Assembly (NCBI GenBank): GCA_938074435.1
Contig: CALJEH010000090.1
Span: forward strand, 1-52,439
Reading direction: 5' to 3'
Length of the DNA: 52,439 nucleotides
Origin: an uncultured Alphaproteobacteria bacterium
Lineage (GTDB): Bacteria > Pseudomonadota > Alphaproteobacteria > Rhizobiales > TMED25
Shown: positions 34,498 through 43,601 of the stretch, piece by piece
Layout of the letters: the number at the start of each line of letters is the position of its first letter
How positions within the stretch are numbered: position 1 is the stretch's first letter
Made by a program: the position numbers and the translations under genes
Notes under the pieces: model-generated
Seen by the model: only the letters and a program-made list of their open reading frames with translations
Databases searched by the model: none
Told to the model about the DNA's origin: nothing

Positions 34498-35273
34498 TAT
34501 TTTTTTAAACCTCTACCCAAATATGATTCAATAACCTCATCATTATTCCTAATCTCATTAGATGTTCCTTTGAATAGTACTGATCCCTCTGCTAATACAA
34601 TTATAGGATCGCAGAGCCTGCTAATTAGTTCAAAGTCATGCTCAATCATACAGAAAGTATAGCCTTTTTCTTTATTTAATCTCTGTATTGAGTCTGCAAT
34701 ATCATTCAACAATGTTTTATTAACGCCTGCTCCGACCTCATCAAGAAAAACTATTTTTGCATCTACCATCATTGTTCTTGCTAATTCTAAAAGTTTTTTT
34801 TGACCACCAGACAAGTTGCCTGCTAATTCGTTCTTTAAATGATCAATTTTTAGAAATTCAAGTACTTCAAAGGCTTTATTCCTAATGATTTTGTCTTCTT
34901 CATTAATTTTTTTTCTATTTAATAATGAGTAGAGCAAGCTTTCGCCATTTTGATTACCTGGCACAACCATCAAATTTTCTACTACAGTCATATTTGTGAA
35001 TTCATGAGCAATTTGGAATGTTCTCAGCATTCCTAGTGAGAATAGTTTGTAGGACTCAAGTCCGGTTATATCGTCATTGTTATAAAAAACTAAACCTTCT
35101 TCAGGTTTTAAATGACCAGTTATTACATTAAATAAGGTGCTCTTACCTGATCCATTAGGTCCAATGATTCCGGTTATTGAATTTTCTCCGATATCAATAT
35201 TACAATTATTTAATGCAACAAGCCCACCAAATCTCTTGGTCAGGTTTCGAACGCTTAATATCGTTTTACTCAT
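34497..35273 (-). CDS. livG: Branched-chain amino acid-type ABC transporter ATP-binding protein (LivG type)
   Basis: FGGLVALNNCNI, Walker A GPNGSGKST, signature LSGGQKKLLE, Walker B VFLDEV; 258 aa. Confidence 0.8.
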   Translation of the reverse strand: MSKTILSVRNLTKRFGGLVALNNCNIDIGENSITGIIGPNGSGKSTLFNVITGHLKPEEGLVFYNNDDITGLESYKLFSLGMLRTFQIAHEFTNMTVVENLMVVPGNQNGESLLYSLLNRKKINEEDKIIRNKAFEVLEFLKIDHLKNELAGNLSGGQKKLLELARTMMVDAKIVFLDEVGAGVNKTLLNDIADSIQRLNKEKGYTFCMIEHDFELISRLCDPIIVLAEGSVLFKGTSNEIRNNDEVIESYLGRGLKK

Positions 35274-35342
35274 AACAACCCAAAAAATATTTCATATTAT
35301 CTTATCACAATCCTTTTTTTATAGCTTTGATATGAAAGACAT

Positions 35343-35903
35343 TTATACAAGTTTTTTCTTTATGAAGCTCATTATAGATAAGACAAAGCCTATTATTATC
35401 AATGAGATAACTAATATAGAAATAATCCATTTTATCATATTTGAGTAAGAGGCAATTTGTGAGTATAATGTTTGGATAGTTTCTGTTTTGAGATAATTAT
35501 CGGAAATTAAAGCAAGATTTAAATTTTCTATCCAATCAAACAAAACCTGAGCGAATGGTAATAAATTAAAAGTCCTGAGCTTATTCTGGAATGGTCTATA
35601 TAAGTACGATAGCCAGAATGTATACATTACTCCATATAGAACACTAAATAAACTATCCCAGATGAGGTTGAAATTGATATATGAGTGGATCATTTCATTT
35701 GTTCGAACAGATAGATAACTGAGGATTTCTGTCTCTCCAAATCCAAAAGTTGTACCGAGTGACTTCGGCATTCCACCAGTCACATCAAAAGGGACAGATT
35801 TAGCAACTAAAACATTAAGGAGATAGGTGAGAAATATTATAGTTGATAGAATAGCAAGAATGAATGAAGATTTATCATAGAAAAATTTCGACATTTTATT
35901 CAT
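35343..35903 (-). CDS. Hypothetical membrane protein (186 aa)
   Basis: The long ORF is significant in AT-rich DNA. Hydrophobic segments at the N-terminus, centre and C-terminus. No family recognised. Confidence 0.55.
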   Translation of the reverse strand: MNKMSKFFYDKSSFILAILSTIIFLTYLLNVLVAKSVPFDVTGGMPKSLGTTFGFGETEILSYLSVRTNEMIHSYINFNLIWDSLFSVLYGVMYTFWLSYLYRPFQNKLRTFNLLPFAQVLFDWIENLNLALISDNYLKTETIQTLYSQIASYSNMIKWIISILVISLIIIGFVLSIMSFIKKKLV

Positions 35904-35926
35904 TTTGTTACTCCAAAAATATTTTA

Positions 35927-36313
35927 TTAGAAAGTTATCATTTTGTATATCAGAAGATAATAATCAACTTTATTGAATGTCTCCAGTGTTTGAATGTTGA
36001 GTGATATTAAAAATAAATAGATAAAGAAATTAAATAAAGCACTGAAATCAACTATGAAGTGTTTCAATTTAGTTTTGTGATTATAAAAATAATAATTAAT
36101 AGTAGCTAGAATCAAAATTGTGGCAATTAATGCCCAAATACATCTTAATACGCAATAAATTAGGCAAACAGATATCAATACAATAATTAGATATCTGAAC
36201 TGTTCGTTGTACGTATTTACGAAAAAAATATTGATGGAATATATAAACAGGTAAATAATAATTGCATCACGAATGCATGTAAAAATATGTCTTTTGCTAA
36301 AAGATGGCATCAT
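35927..36313 (-). CDS. Hypothetical polytopic membrane protein (128 aa, about 4 TM)
   Basis: Very hydrophobic ORF. Its ATG overlaps the stop of the upstream DUF4174 gene (ATGA), suggesting translational coupling. Confidence 0.5.
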   Translation of the reverse strand: MMPSFSKRHIFTCIRDAIIIYLFIYSINIFFVNTYNEQFRYLIIVLISVCLIYCVLRCIWALIATILILATINYYFYNHKTKLKHFIVDFSALFNFFIYLFLISLNIQTLETFNKVDYYLLIYKMITF

Positions 36314-36636
36314 TGATTTAGATACCCTTTTCTCATTGGCATTGCATCAATAATATTAAATAAATTATCAATAATATCAGTGCTTTGTGAGTATTTTTTA
36401 ATAGATCCATCAAGCCCAATTAGATAAAGTCCATACCCATTTTTATTGATTGTAAATGATAAATCTCCTGCAACTTTACAATCAAATATTTCTATGTATT
36501 TAATTTTTCTCTCCTCTATATCTATGGAATTTTTTTCAAAAAAATCGTTTATATATTTCTGGATATTTTGGTGTTGGTCAGAGTTGTCACGATAGTGAAC
36601 GACAAGTCTTTTGTCCCATTTATATTTATCAAACAT
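36310..36636 (-). CDS. DUF4174 domain protein
   Basis: W-x-KRLVV near the N-terminus and LYLIGLDGSIK...LFNIIDAMPMRKG at the C-terminus match the remembered DUF4174 pattern (LIGKDG...IDxMPMR). No signal peptide is evident. Confidence 0.65.
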   Translation of the reverse strand: MFDKYKWDKRLVVHYRDNSDQHQNIQKYINDFFEKNSIDIEERKIKYIEIFDCKVAGDLSFTINKNGYGLYLIGLDGSIKKYSQSTDIIDNLFNIIDAMPMRKGYLNQ

Positions 36637-36704
36637 GAGAAATTATAAGTTACAAATTTTGAATTTAACTGTTATAAATGTATCAGAAACGAAAGGATAT
36701 TAAC

Positions 36705-37682
36705 ATGATTAATGCTGTAATGATTGGACTTGGATGGTGGGGTAAACATTCTATTGACTCGGTAAAAGGAAAAAGTGAGAAAATCAATATAATAGGTGCG
36801 TGTTCAAAAAACACAGATCAACATGCTGAATATCTAAATAAAAATGCGTTAAAAATCTACAATAATTATGATGATGTCTTGAGAGATGAAGCAGTTGACG
36901 CTGTAATACTTACAACACCTCATTCTATGCATACTGAACAAATTCTATCAGCAGCAAACCATAATAAACATGTTTTTGTTGAGAAACCAATTACACTAAC
37001 AAAAGATGATGCAATAAAATGTGTCAATGCATTGAAAGAAAAAAACTTAAAACTTGGAGTGGGTTTTAGTAGAAGATTTCAACCAGCATATATTGATCTC
37101 TTAAAAATGCTTAAAGCTGGTGATATTGGTGAAGTCCTCCATATAGAGGGTGAACAATCAGGTCCTAGTGCCTATAAATTAAAAGAAGGCATGTGGAGAG
37201 CTGAAAAATCTGAGAGCCCAGGTGGTGCAATGGCAGCTAGAGGTATTCATGTCATGGATGCAATGATCAGTATGGCAGGAGAAGTAGAGAGAATCTCATG
37301 TATCAGTGAAAGAAGAGTGTTGGATATTGATCTTGATGACACAACGTCAATGTTAGTAAAATTCAAGAGTGGTGTGTCTGGATATCTTGGCACCATATAT
37401 GTGACAGCAGATATATGGAGATTACATGTTTATGGTTCAAAAGGTTATCTTCTGATGGATGGTGAGACTAGATTGATTAAAAAATTATTGGATAATACTG
37501 AAACTATCACTAATTATCCAAATACTAATATTGTTGGTCTTACATTAGAAGCTTTTGCAGATGATATAGAAGGTAAACAATCATTCCCTGTAACATCTGA
37601 AGAGGCTATTCACGGAGTTGCTGCTTTTGAAGCAATGGTAAAATCAGCTAAAAATGATTACGAGTGGGTTAAACTGGATTAG
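36705..37682 (+). CDS. Gfo/Idh/MocA family NAD(P)-dependent oxidoreductase
   Basis: Rossmann start MINAVMIGLGWWGK, EKP motif (VFVEKPITL). Start moved to ATG 36705, behind AAAGGA. Paralogous to 47384-48376. Confidence 0.8.
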   Translation: MINAVMIGLGWWGKHSIDSVKGKSEKINIIGACSKNTDQHAEYLNKNALKIYNNYDDVLRDEAVDAVILTTPHSMHTEQILSAANHNKHVFVEKPITLTKDDAIKCVNALKEKNLKLGVGFSRRFQPAYIDLLKMLKAGDIGEVLHIEGEQSGPSAYKLKEGMWRAEKSESPGGAMAARGIHVMDAMISMAGEVERISCISERRVLDIDLDDTTSMLVKFKSGVSGYLGTIYVTADIWRLHVYGSKGYLLMDGETRLIKKLLDNTETITNYPNTNIVGLTLEAFADDIEGKQSFPVTSEEAIHGVAAFEAMVKSAKNDYEWVKLD

Positions 37683-37687
37683 TTTAA

Positions 37688-38518
37688 TTATTGTTTTGTG
37701 GTACTAATTTTATTTGAAACAAATAACAAATAAGAAAGTACAAAGTTAATAGACATAAATATTACAATTGTGGGGGCTGGAGCGCTGTCAATATAATATG
37801 ATCCAAAAACACCCAGGATTGAAGACAAAACCGTAGAGGATACTGCAACTAATAACATTCTTTTAAAATCCTTTGATACCAAAAATCCAGTTGCACCCGG
37901 TATTATCAAAAGAGCAATAGATAATATAATACCAACAGCTTTTAGATTTGAAACGATTACTAAAGATAAAATTACAAGAAGACCATAATGAAGAGTGGAA
38001 ATGTTTAGCCCAATTGATTTTGCGTGGATAATATCAAAACAAAAAACTAAAAGGTCCTTCCATTTTGCAAGTAAAATTATGATAATAAACAAGGATATCA
38101 GGGTTGAGAATATTAGGTCAGAATCATTAATCCCTAGTAAATTACCGAATAATATTTCATCTAAATGCACATTAGTTTCTACTTTTGTATATATGACAAT
38201 ACCGAGCGCAAACATTCCAGAAAATACAACACCCATAACTGTATCTTCTTTTATTCGTGAGTTGTTTTTTAAAAATCCAGTAGCTAAAGAACAAAACAAA
38301 CCAGCTATAAAAGCCCCAATAAACAATGGTAAATTAAGTATATAGGCAATAGCGATACCCGGTAACACTGCATGTGAGATTGCATCACCAATTAGTGACC
38401 AACCTTTTAATACTAGAAAACATGATAATATTGATGCTGGAATTGATATTAAAATAGCAATTAATAAAGCATTTAACATAAATTCATACTGAAATGGATA
38501 TATTAATAAATCAAACAT
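37688..38518 (-). CDS. sitD: Metal (Mn/Fe/Zn) ABC transporter permease, ABC-3 family
   Basis: ABC-3 permease pattern (KGWSLIGDAISHAVLPGIA). Fourth gene of an SBP-ATPase-permease-permease operon. Confidence 0.75.
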   Translation of the reverse strand: MFDLLIYPFQYEFMLNALLIAILISIPASILSCFLVLKGWSLIGDAISHAVLPGIAIAYILNLPLFIGAFIAGLFCSLATGFLKNNSRIKEDTVMGVVFSGMFALGIVIYTKVETNVHLDEILFGNLLGINDSDLIFSTLISLFIIIILLAKWKDLLVFCFDIIHAKSIGLNISTLHYGLLVILSLVIVSNLKAVGIILSIALLIIPGATGFLVSKDFKRMLLVAVSSTVLSSILGVFGSYYIDSAPAPTIVIFMSINFVLSYLLFVSNKISTTKQ

Positions 38519-39371
38519 TCTTGCTGTTTTTATTATTTTGTGAGATTACCTTCCAAATATAACCATATTTTGGTGAGAAGAAGAAAGCCAAAAGAAATAA
38601 GATAGTTTGCACTAATATAATAACACCGCCTGTCGCTCCATCAATGAAGTAACTAATGTACGTTCCAAATGCACATGAAAATACTCCAACGAATATACTT
38701 ATGAGTATTAATTTTGAGAATTTATCTGTTATTAGATATGCCGTTGCTCCTGGTGTAACAATCATTGCAATAACAAGAAACGCACCAACTGTTTGCATAG
38801 CAGCAACGGTAGAAACTGATAGTAATACAAAGAATATAAGTTTTAAAAATTTTATATTTAACCCCACTGTTTGTGCATGGTTTTCATCATAAAACAAAAG
38901 CATTAGATCTTTCCATTTCAATATTAATATTGAGAGTGTTATCACTGAAATTATGATTAATTGAAGGGTGTCTTGGGGAGTGATTGACAGAATATTTCCT
39001 AGAATTATTGTTTGGATATTAATTGGAGTAGGTGAAATTGAGATAATAAATAAACCAATTGCAAAAAATGAGGTAAAAATTATACCAATAATAGAGTCTT
39101 CTTTTAGATTTGTTTTTTCATTTAAATAGAGCATAGCAACTGCTGCAGCTGTTCCAGATATAAACGCACCTATTGTGAATGGAAGCCCTAAGATATATGC
39201 TCCAGCAACTCCAGGAACTATTGAATGGCTTAATGCGTCACCGATAAGTGACCACCCCTTCATTATTACAAAGCAGGATAAAAATGCACAAATCGCCCCT
39301 ACTAATGAACTAACAATAATTGCATTTCGCATATAAGAATAGTTGAGTGGCTCTAGGACTAAATCTATCAT
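38511..39371 (-). CDS. sitC: Metal (Mn/Fe/Zn) ABC transporter permease, ABC-3 family
   Basis: KGWSLIGDALSHSIVPGVA; paralogous to the downstream permease. Confidence 0.75.
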   Translation of the reverse strand: MIDLVLEPLNYSYMRNAIIVSSLVGAICAFLSCFVIMKGWSLIGDALSHSIVPGVAGAYILGLPFTIGAFISGTAAAVAMLYLNEKTNLKEDSIIGIIFTSFFAIGLFIISISPTPINIQTIILGNILSITPQDTLQLIIISVITLSILILKWKDLMLLFYDENHAQTVGLNIKFLKLIFFVLLSVSTVAAMQTVGAFLVIAMIVTPGATAYLITDKFSKLILISIFVGVFSCAFGTYISYFIDGATGGVIILVQTILFLLAFFFSPKYGYIWKVISQNNKNSKNV

Positions 39372-39378
39372 TTTATGA

Positions 39379-40119
39379 TTAGCTAACTTTTAAATTAAAG
39401 AAGTTTATGTGATTACCAAAAGTTTTAGTTAAATTTTCTTTTGTAAAAACTTCTCCTGTGGAGCCTTCTTTTTGTATTGTCCTATTTATCAAGATTGTTC
39501 TATCGCAGATATCTGGAACAATATTAAGATCATGTGTTGAAATGAGTATAATTTTATTTTTCTTTCTTTCTTTTTTGATGAGTTCAAGTATCGTTTCTTG
39601 TGTGTTAGTATCCACTCCTGTAAATGGTTCATCCAATAATAAGATCTTGCTTTCCTGAGCAAGCGCACGTGCGAGGAATACTCTTTTTTTCTGCCCTCCC
39701 GAGAGTTCACCAATTTGCCTGTCCTGTAATTTTTCCATTCCAACCTTCTGTAATGACTCTTTGACAATCTTAAAGTCATTAAATTTTGGCTTTCTCATAA
39801 AGTTCATATAAGAATATCTTCCCATCATAACTACATCTTTTACAAGTATAGGAAAGTCCCAATCGATTTCATCATTTTGAGGGACGTAAGAGATAAGATT
39901 GTTTTTTATAGCTAAGTCTATTGGATAATCATCAATGATAATCGAACCTTGATGAATTTTCAATATCCCCATAATTGAACGAAATAATGTAGTTTTCCCA
40001 GAACCATTAACTCCCAATAATGCTGTTATTGAGCCATTAGGAATGGAACAGGTGGCATCATGTAATGCCTCATGTCCATTCTTATAGAATACGCTCACAT
40101 TTTTAATTTCAATACTCAT
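39379..40119 (-). CDS. sitB: Metal ABC transporter ATP-binding protein
   Basis: Walker A GVNGSGKTT, signature LSGGQKKRVFLARAL, Walker B LLLDEPFTGVD. Confidence 0.8.
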   Translation of the reverse strand: MSIEIKNVSVFYKNGHEALHDATCSIPNGSITALLGVNGSGKTTLFRSIMGILKIHQGSIIIDDYPIDLAIKNNLISYVPQNDEIDWDFPILVKDVVMMGRYSYMNFMRKPKFNDFKIVKESLQKVGMEKLQDRQIGELSGGQKKRVFLARALAQESKILLLDEPFTGVDTNTQETILELIKKERKKNKIILISTHDLNIVPDICDRTILINRTIQKEGSTGEVFTKENLTKTFGNHINFFNLKVS

Positions 40120-40124
40120 GTTAT

Positions 40125-41039
40125 TTACTGTGCTGTAAGTCCTTTAATTACTGTAGAATATGTTATTGCAAGTAGGTCCAAATATGTTGGAACAGGGCCA
40201 TCCAATTCAGTTAAAGAGTCCACATATAGAATACCTCCATAGGAAATATTTGTTTCTCGCGCAATTTGCTGGGCAGGTTTTGGAGAAATAGTACTTTCAC
40301 TGAAGATAACTTTTATACCATTTTTATTTATGCTATCGATCACGTTCTTAACTTGTTTAGGTGATCCTTGCTGGTCTGCATTTATAGGCCATATAAATAA
40401 CTCATTTAACCCAAGATCTCTTGCAAGATAACTAAATGCACCTTCGCTTGTAACCAGCCATCTCTCTTTGGGATTAATTATGTCAATTTTTTTTGATAGA
40501 GGTAAGAGTACACCTTCAATTTTTAGAATATAATTTTCAGCATTTTCTTGGTATTGTTTACTATTTGACTCATCATATTCAATGAGCGCCTCTGTAATGT
40601 TTTTTACATACGCACGTGCCGAATCCATTGCCATCCAAGCATGAGGATTTGGTTTTCCGTTATAAGGTCCAGTGGATATTCCAATTGGCTCAATCCCCTT
40701 AGTTGCTAAAACAATTGGGACTTCATCTAAGCTATCATAAAATTGATCAAACCATAATTCTAATCCCATTCCATTATGAATAATAAGATCAGCGTCCTGA
40801 GCCTTAATAATATCTCTTGGTGTTGGTTGGTAATTGTGGATTTCTGCTCCTGGCTTTGTTATAGATTCAACAATTGCTAAATCACCAGTAATATTTTTTG
40901 TTATATCTGCAATAATAGTAAAGGTGGTAACGACCTTTAATTTTTCTGCTCTTGATACATCAGATAGAAGTAAAGTTAGAGATAAAAAAACAAAAAGACT
41001 AGCTTTAATATATTTGGTGATAGTGCGATGTAATTTCAT
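40125..41039 (-). CDS. sitA: Metal ABC transporter substrate-binding protein (TroA/PsaA/SitA-like cluster 9)
   Basis: Signal peptide MKLHRTITKYIKASLFVFLSLTLLLSDVSRA; motifs HNYQPTPRD, NPHAWM, FSESTISPK. The tracked start (41081) is a TTG 14 codons upstream and was replaced by ATG 41039. Confidence 0.8.
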   Translation of the reverse strand: MKLHRTITKYIKASLFVFLSLTLLLSDVSRAEKLKVVTTFTIIADITKNITGDLAIVESITKPGAEIHNYQPTPRDIIKAQDADLIIHNGMGLELWFDQFYDSLDEVPIVLATKGIEPIGISTGPYNGKPNPHAWMAMDSARAYVKNITEALIEYDESNSKQYQENAENYILKIEGVLLPLSKKIDIINPKERWLVTSEGAFSYLARDLGLNELFIWPINADQQGSPKQVKNVIDSINKNGIKVIFSESTISPKPAQQIARETNISYGGILYVDSLTELDGPVPTYLDLLAITYSTVIKGLTAQ

Positions 41040-41046
41040 AAAGAAT

Positions 41047-41081
41047 AGTATAATGAAAATGAGAATGATTTGCAACTGCAA
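41047..41081 (-). promoter_or_regulatory. Candidate sitA promoter with overlapping inverted repeat and Fur/Mur-like A/T-rich operator
   Basis: Minus strand reads TTGCA-GT-TGCAA (41081->41070). TTGCAA serves as -35, then a 17-nt spacer ATCATTCTCATTTTCAT (Fur-box-like AATCATT), then TATACT (41052->41047), then 7 nt to the ATG. Confidence 0.35.
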
Positions 41082-41189
41082 CTATAATTTATTGTAATAA
41101 TTATTAGAGGTAGTATTAAAATTAATAGTTAATTGTCTTTTTGATCTTTTTCAGATCATAAATATTAGCCGCTTGTTTATGATTGATAA

Positions 41190-42353
41190 TCAAATCTGGG
41201 TATTACATACCCAATCTCTGATATTGTCTCCAAAGGCTTCGTATCCATTTTCACGTACAATTACTGTATCTTCAAGTTTTACAAAACCTACACCATCATA
41301 TTTTAGATCTGTTTCTATCGATAATACCATACCTGCTTCTAGAGGTTTTTCTTTATATGGTGCAGGATAGGGGATAACACCTTTATCGTATAGATGAGGC
41401 GCTTCATGTTGGATCATTCCCATACCATGAGCGACAAATTTATAATCAAGAGAATTATCGCATTTACTCAATTCATTATTAGCTGCTTCTAAGATATCAT
41501 TTCCAGTTATTCCAGCTCTAATAACTTTACGGGGTGCATCATTTATTGCACGAACTTGGGATAATAGATCTTTCATTAACTCAGTTGGTTCTCCCATCAC
41601 CGCCATTCTGCATAGATCTCCAAGATAACCGTCAAGATTTGCGCCAGAGTCAAGGGATAAGATATCTCCTTCATTCCAGAATAATTTTTCTGAAGGCGTT
41701 CTATTATAAGATGTTCCTGCTGCAATCAAACAATATTCAAAATTCATTCCTAGTGATGTTTCTTCTTCTTTTAAGGCTTGTGCAATTGATTTAGTTGATG
41801 ATCCTGGCTTTGCACTCTTCATCACTTTTTCCATTGAGTTTGTGATATTATCTGATGCTGTTTTAAGTAGTTTTAATTCATGATCTGTTTTTATTACTCT
41901 AAGTTCTTGCATTAAAACTAAAACATCTACAAATTCAGCATTTGGGAGGAGTTTTTGCAACATTAAAAATGTATCAGTAGGCGTATTACAAAATTCAATA
42001 CCTATTCTTTTATTTGAATAACCAAGTTTATAGATCAGTTTAGCTGCTTCTTCACCTGCCTGCTTCGTATTCCATTGGATGTTTTGGATATTATTTATCC
42101 AAAGAGGTTCAACTTCTTGTTGTTGTGGCTCGAGCATATGCCCTATATAAAATGCATCTTCAGGTTTCCCTTTTGGGTATCCAATTGTTGGTAAATACCT
42201 ACTGATACCGATTGCATCCTTTTGGGCAAAAAAGAAAAATTTATAGCCACCAAGTAAGTACTGAGCTGTATTTTTATCATTTATTAGTAAAAAATCTATA
42301 CCCTCATTATCTAGTAGTTTATCAAGTTTATTTTGATTAAATGGTAGTTCCAT
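41190..42353 (-). CDS. M24-family metallohydrolase with creatinase/prolidase N-terminal domain
   Basis: Metal ligands are retained (LDSGANLDGYLGDLCR, AHGMG, LSIETD, KLEDTV). Start moved to ATG 42353, behind AGGAACAAG; the tracked start overlaps the upstream gene by 26 nt. Confidence 0.7.
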   Translation of the reverse strand: MELPFNQNKLDKLLDNEGIDFLLINDKNTAQYLLGGYKFFFFAQKDAIGISRYLPTIGYPKGKPEDAFYIGHMLEPQQQEVEPLWINNIQNIQWNTKQAGEEAAKLIYKLGYSNKRIGIEFCNTPTDTFLMLQKLLPNAEFVDVLVLMQELRVIKTDHELKLLKTASDNITNSMEKVMKSAKPGSSTKSIAQALKEEETSLGMNFEYCLIAAGTSYNRTPSEKLFWNEGDILSLDSGANLDGYLGDLCRMAVMGEPTELMKDLLSQVRAINDAPRKVIRAGITGNDILEAANNELSKCDNSLDYKFVAHGMGMIQHEAPHLYDKGVIPYPAPYKEKPLEAGMVLSIETDLKYDGVGFVKLEDTVIVRENGYEAFGDNIRDWVCNTQI

Positions 42354-42363
42354 ATTCTTGTTC

Positions 42364-43566
42364 CTAAAATGTTGGGCTTTGAAAATCATTTTTTAGCCTG
42401 TTTTTACCCCATTGGCTAAATTGAAGGTCCTGATTGAAATGAATGTGACTAGAGCATGCTTGCACGTCCATAATTGCATTTGTGATAGGATGTCTATTAT
42501 AAATCCCATTTGCTCCTGAAACTTGTTGAATGATTGAGATTGCTTCCAATGTTATTTGAACGGCATATGCAGCATTTCTTTTATATTTTAATTTATTGTC
42601 TGTTGATATTTCGCCATCTTTATTCATAAGTTTTTCAGCTTCGATGCAGTCATTTCTCAATAATAATTTTGCAGCATCAATTCTTGATGCAATTTCTCCT
42701 ATGCGATTATGGACTGTTGGTATATCAGACATTTTCATATTTGAGGTACTTGTTGATCTCTTTTCTATCCATTCTACGAGTAAATCAAGACAAAGTTGAG
42801 CCCCCCCAATAGCACATCCAGCAAGACCGTGTCCACCTATTGCGGGTGTTGGGATTTGGTACATCAAATTAGGATTAGTGGGGACCCCTTTAAAGGAATG
42901 ACCCTCTTTATTTACCGTGAAAGATTGAAGTTTATATTCAGGAACAAAGAGTTCATTTATTCGAACAGAACAACTGCCAGTTTGCTTCATTCCATAGGTA
43001 TCCCAATCATTTAGTATCTCATAATCACTTTTATGAAGCACACATTGATGCCAATCTTTTTGACCATTATCATCCAATATGAAAGCAAATATACACCAGT
43101 CAGATATTTGAATACCTGAGCAAAAGTTCCATAGTCCTGTTAGTATAATTCCATCATCAACTTTTTTTGCATGACCTTGTTGGTAAATATTTCCAGCAGC
43201 AATTAGTGCATCTGGATTCTCTGACCATATTTCTTCTTGTATTTCAGGGCTGAAGAGGGCTAATGTTCTGTGATGTGATGCCATATTTGCCACTATCCAA
43301 CCCGTACTACAATCACCTCTAGATATGATCTCAGGGATGTCTAACCATGACTCAAAACTCAATTCTAATCCGCCCCATTGCTTCGGTTGGACATATCTAA
43401 ATAATTTTTCTTTGTGAATTAAATTTAATATATCATCTGAAATGTTTGTATTAGTATTATCAATATCTGAACGAATTTTTCTAATTTTAGGAACTAAAGA
43501 TAAAGCTATATTATTCGCTTGATCACTTGTAATAGGATTTAGTTGTTCAATATGTTTTTTTAGCAT
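42364..43566 (-). CDS. Acyl-CoA-dehydrogenase-fold flavin-dependent monooxygenase (HsaA/HpaH-C2/DszC-like oxygenase component)
   Basis: 400 aa. The N-terminal region (LFRYVQPKQWGGLELSFESWLDIPEIISRGDCSTGWIVANMASHH) matches the remembered group D two-component monooxygenases, which lack the ACAD catalytic-base context. Confidence 0.6.
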   Translation of the reverse strand: MLKKHIEQLNPITSDQANNIALSLVPKIRKIRSDIDNTNTNISDDILNLIHKEKLFRYVQPKQWGGLELSFESWLDIPEIISRGDCSTGWIVANMASHHRTLALFSPEIQEEIWSENPDALIAAGNIYQQGHAKKVDDGIILTGLWNFCSGIQISDWCIFAFILDDNGQKDWHQCVLHKSDYEILNDWDTYGMKQTGSCSVRINELFVPEYKLQSFTVNKEGHSFKGVPTNPNLMYQIPTPAIGGHGLAGCAIGGAQLCLDLLVEWIEKRSTSTSNMKMSDIPTVHNRIGEIASRIDAAKLLLRNDCIEAEKLMNKDGEISTDNKLKYKRNAAYAVQITLEAISIIQQVSGANGIYNRHPITNAIMDVQACSSHIHFNQDLQFSQWGKNRLKNDFQSPTF

Positions 43567-43601
43567 TAGATAAAATAAGATTTAACATAATTACTTGGGC
43601 T

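Noticed and set aside
40125-41081. 318-aa sitA model starting at 41081
   Set aside because: That start is a TTG whose extra 14 residues (LQLQIILIFIILFF) overlie the promoter/operator-like sequence. ATG 41039 yields a normal signal peptide.
41142-41158. Hairpin TGATCT-ttttc-AGATCA after the M24 gene
   Set aside because: The stem is only 6 bp, and on the transcribed (minus) strand it is followed by AAAAGAC rather than a U-run. This is weak evidence for a terminator.
41190-42389. Calling the M24 protein a creatinase or ectoine hydrolase, and using the 42389 start
   Set aside because: All five M24 metal-ligand positions appear conserved, unlike creatinase. Specificity cannot be assigned from motifs alone. 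The 42389 start overlaps the upstream gene by 26 nt, whereas ATG 42353 has a good SD.
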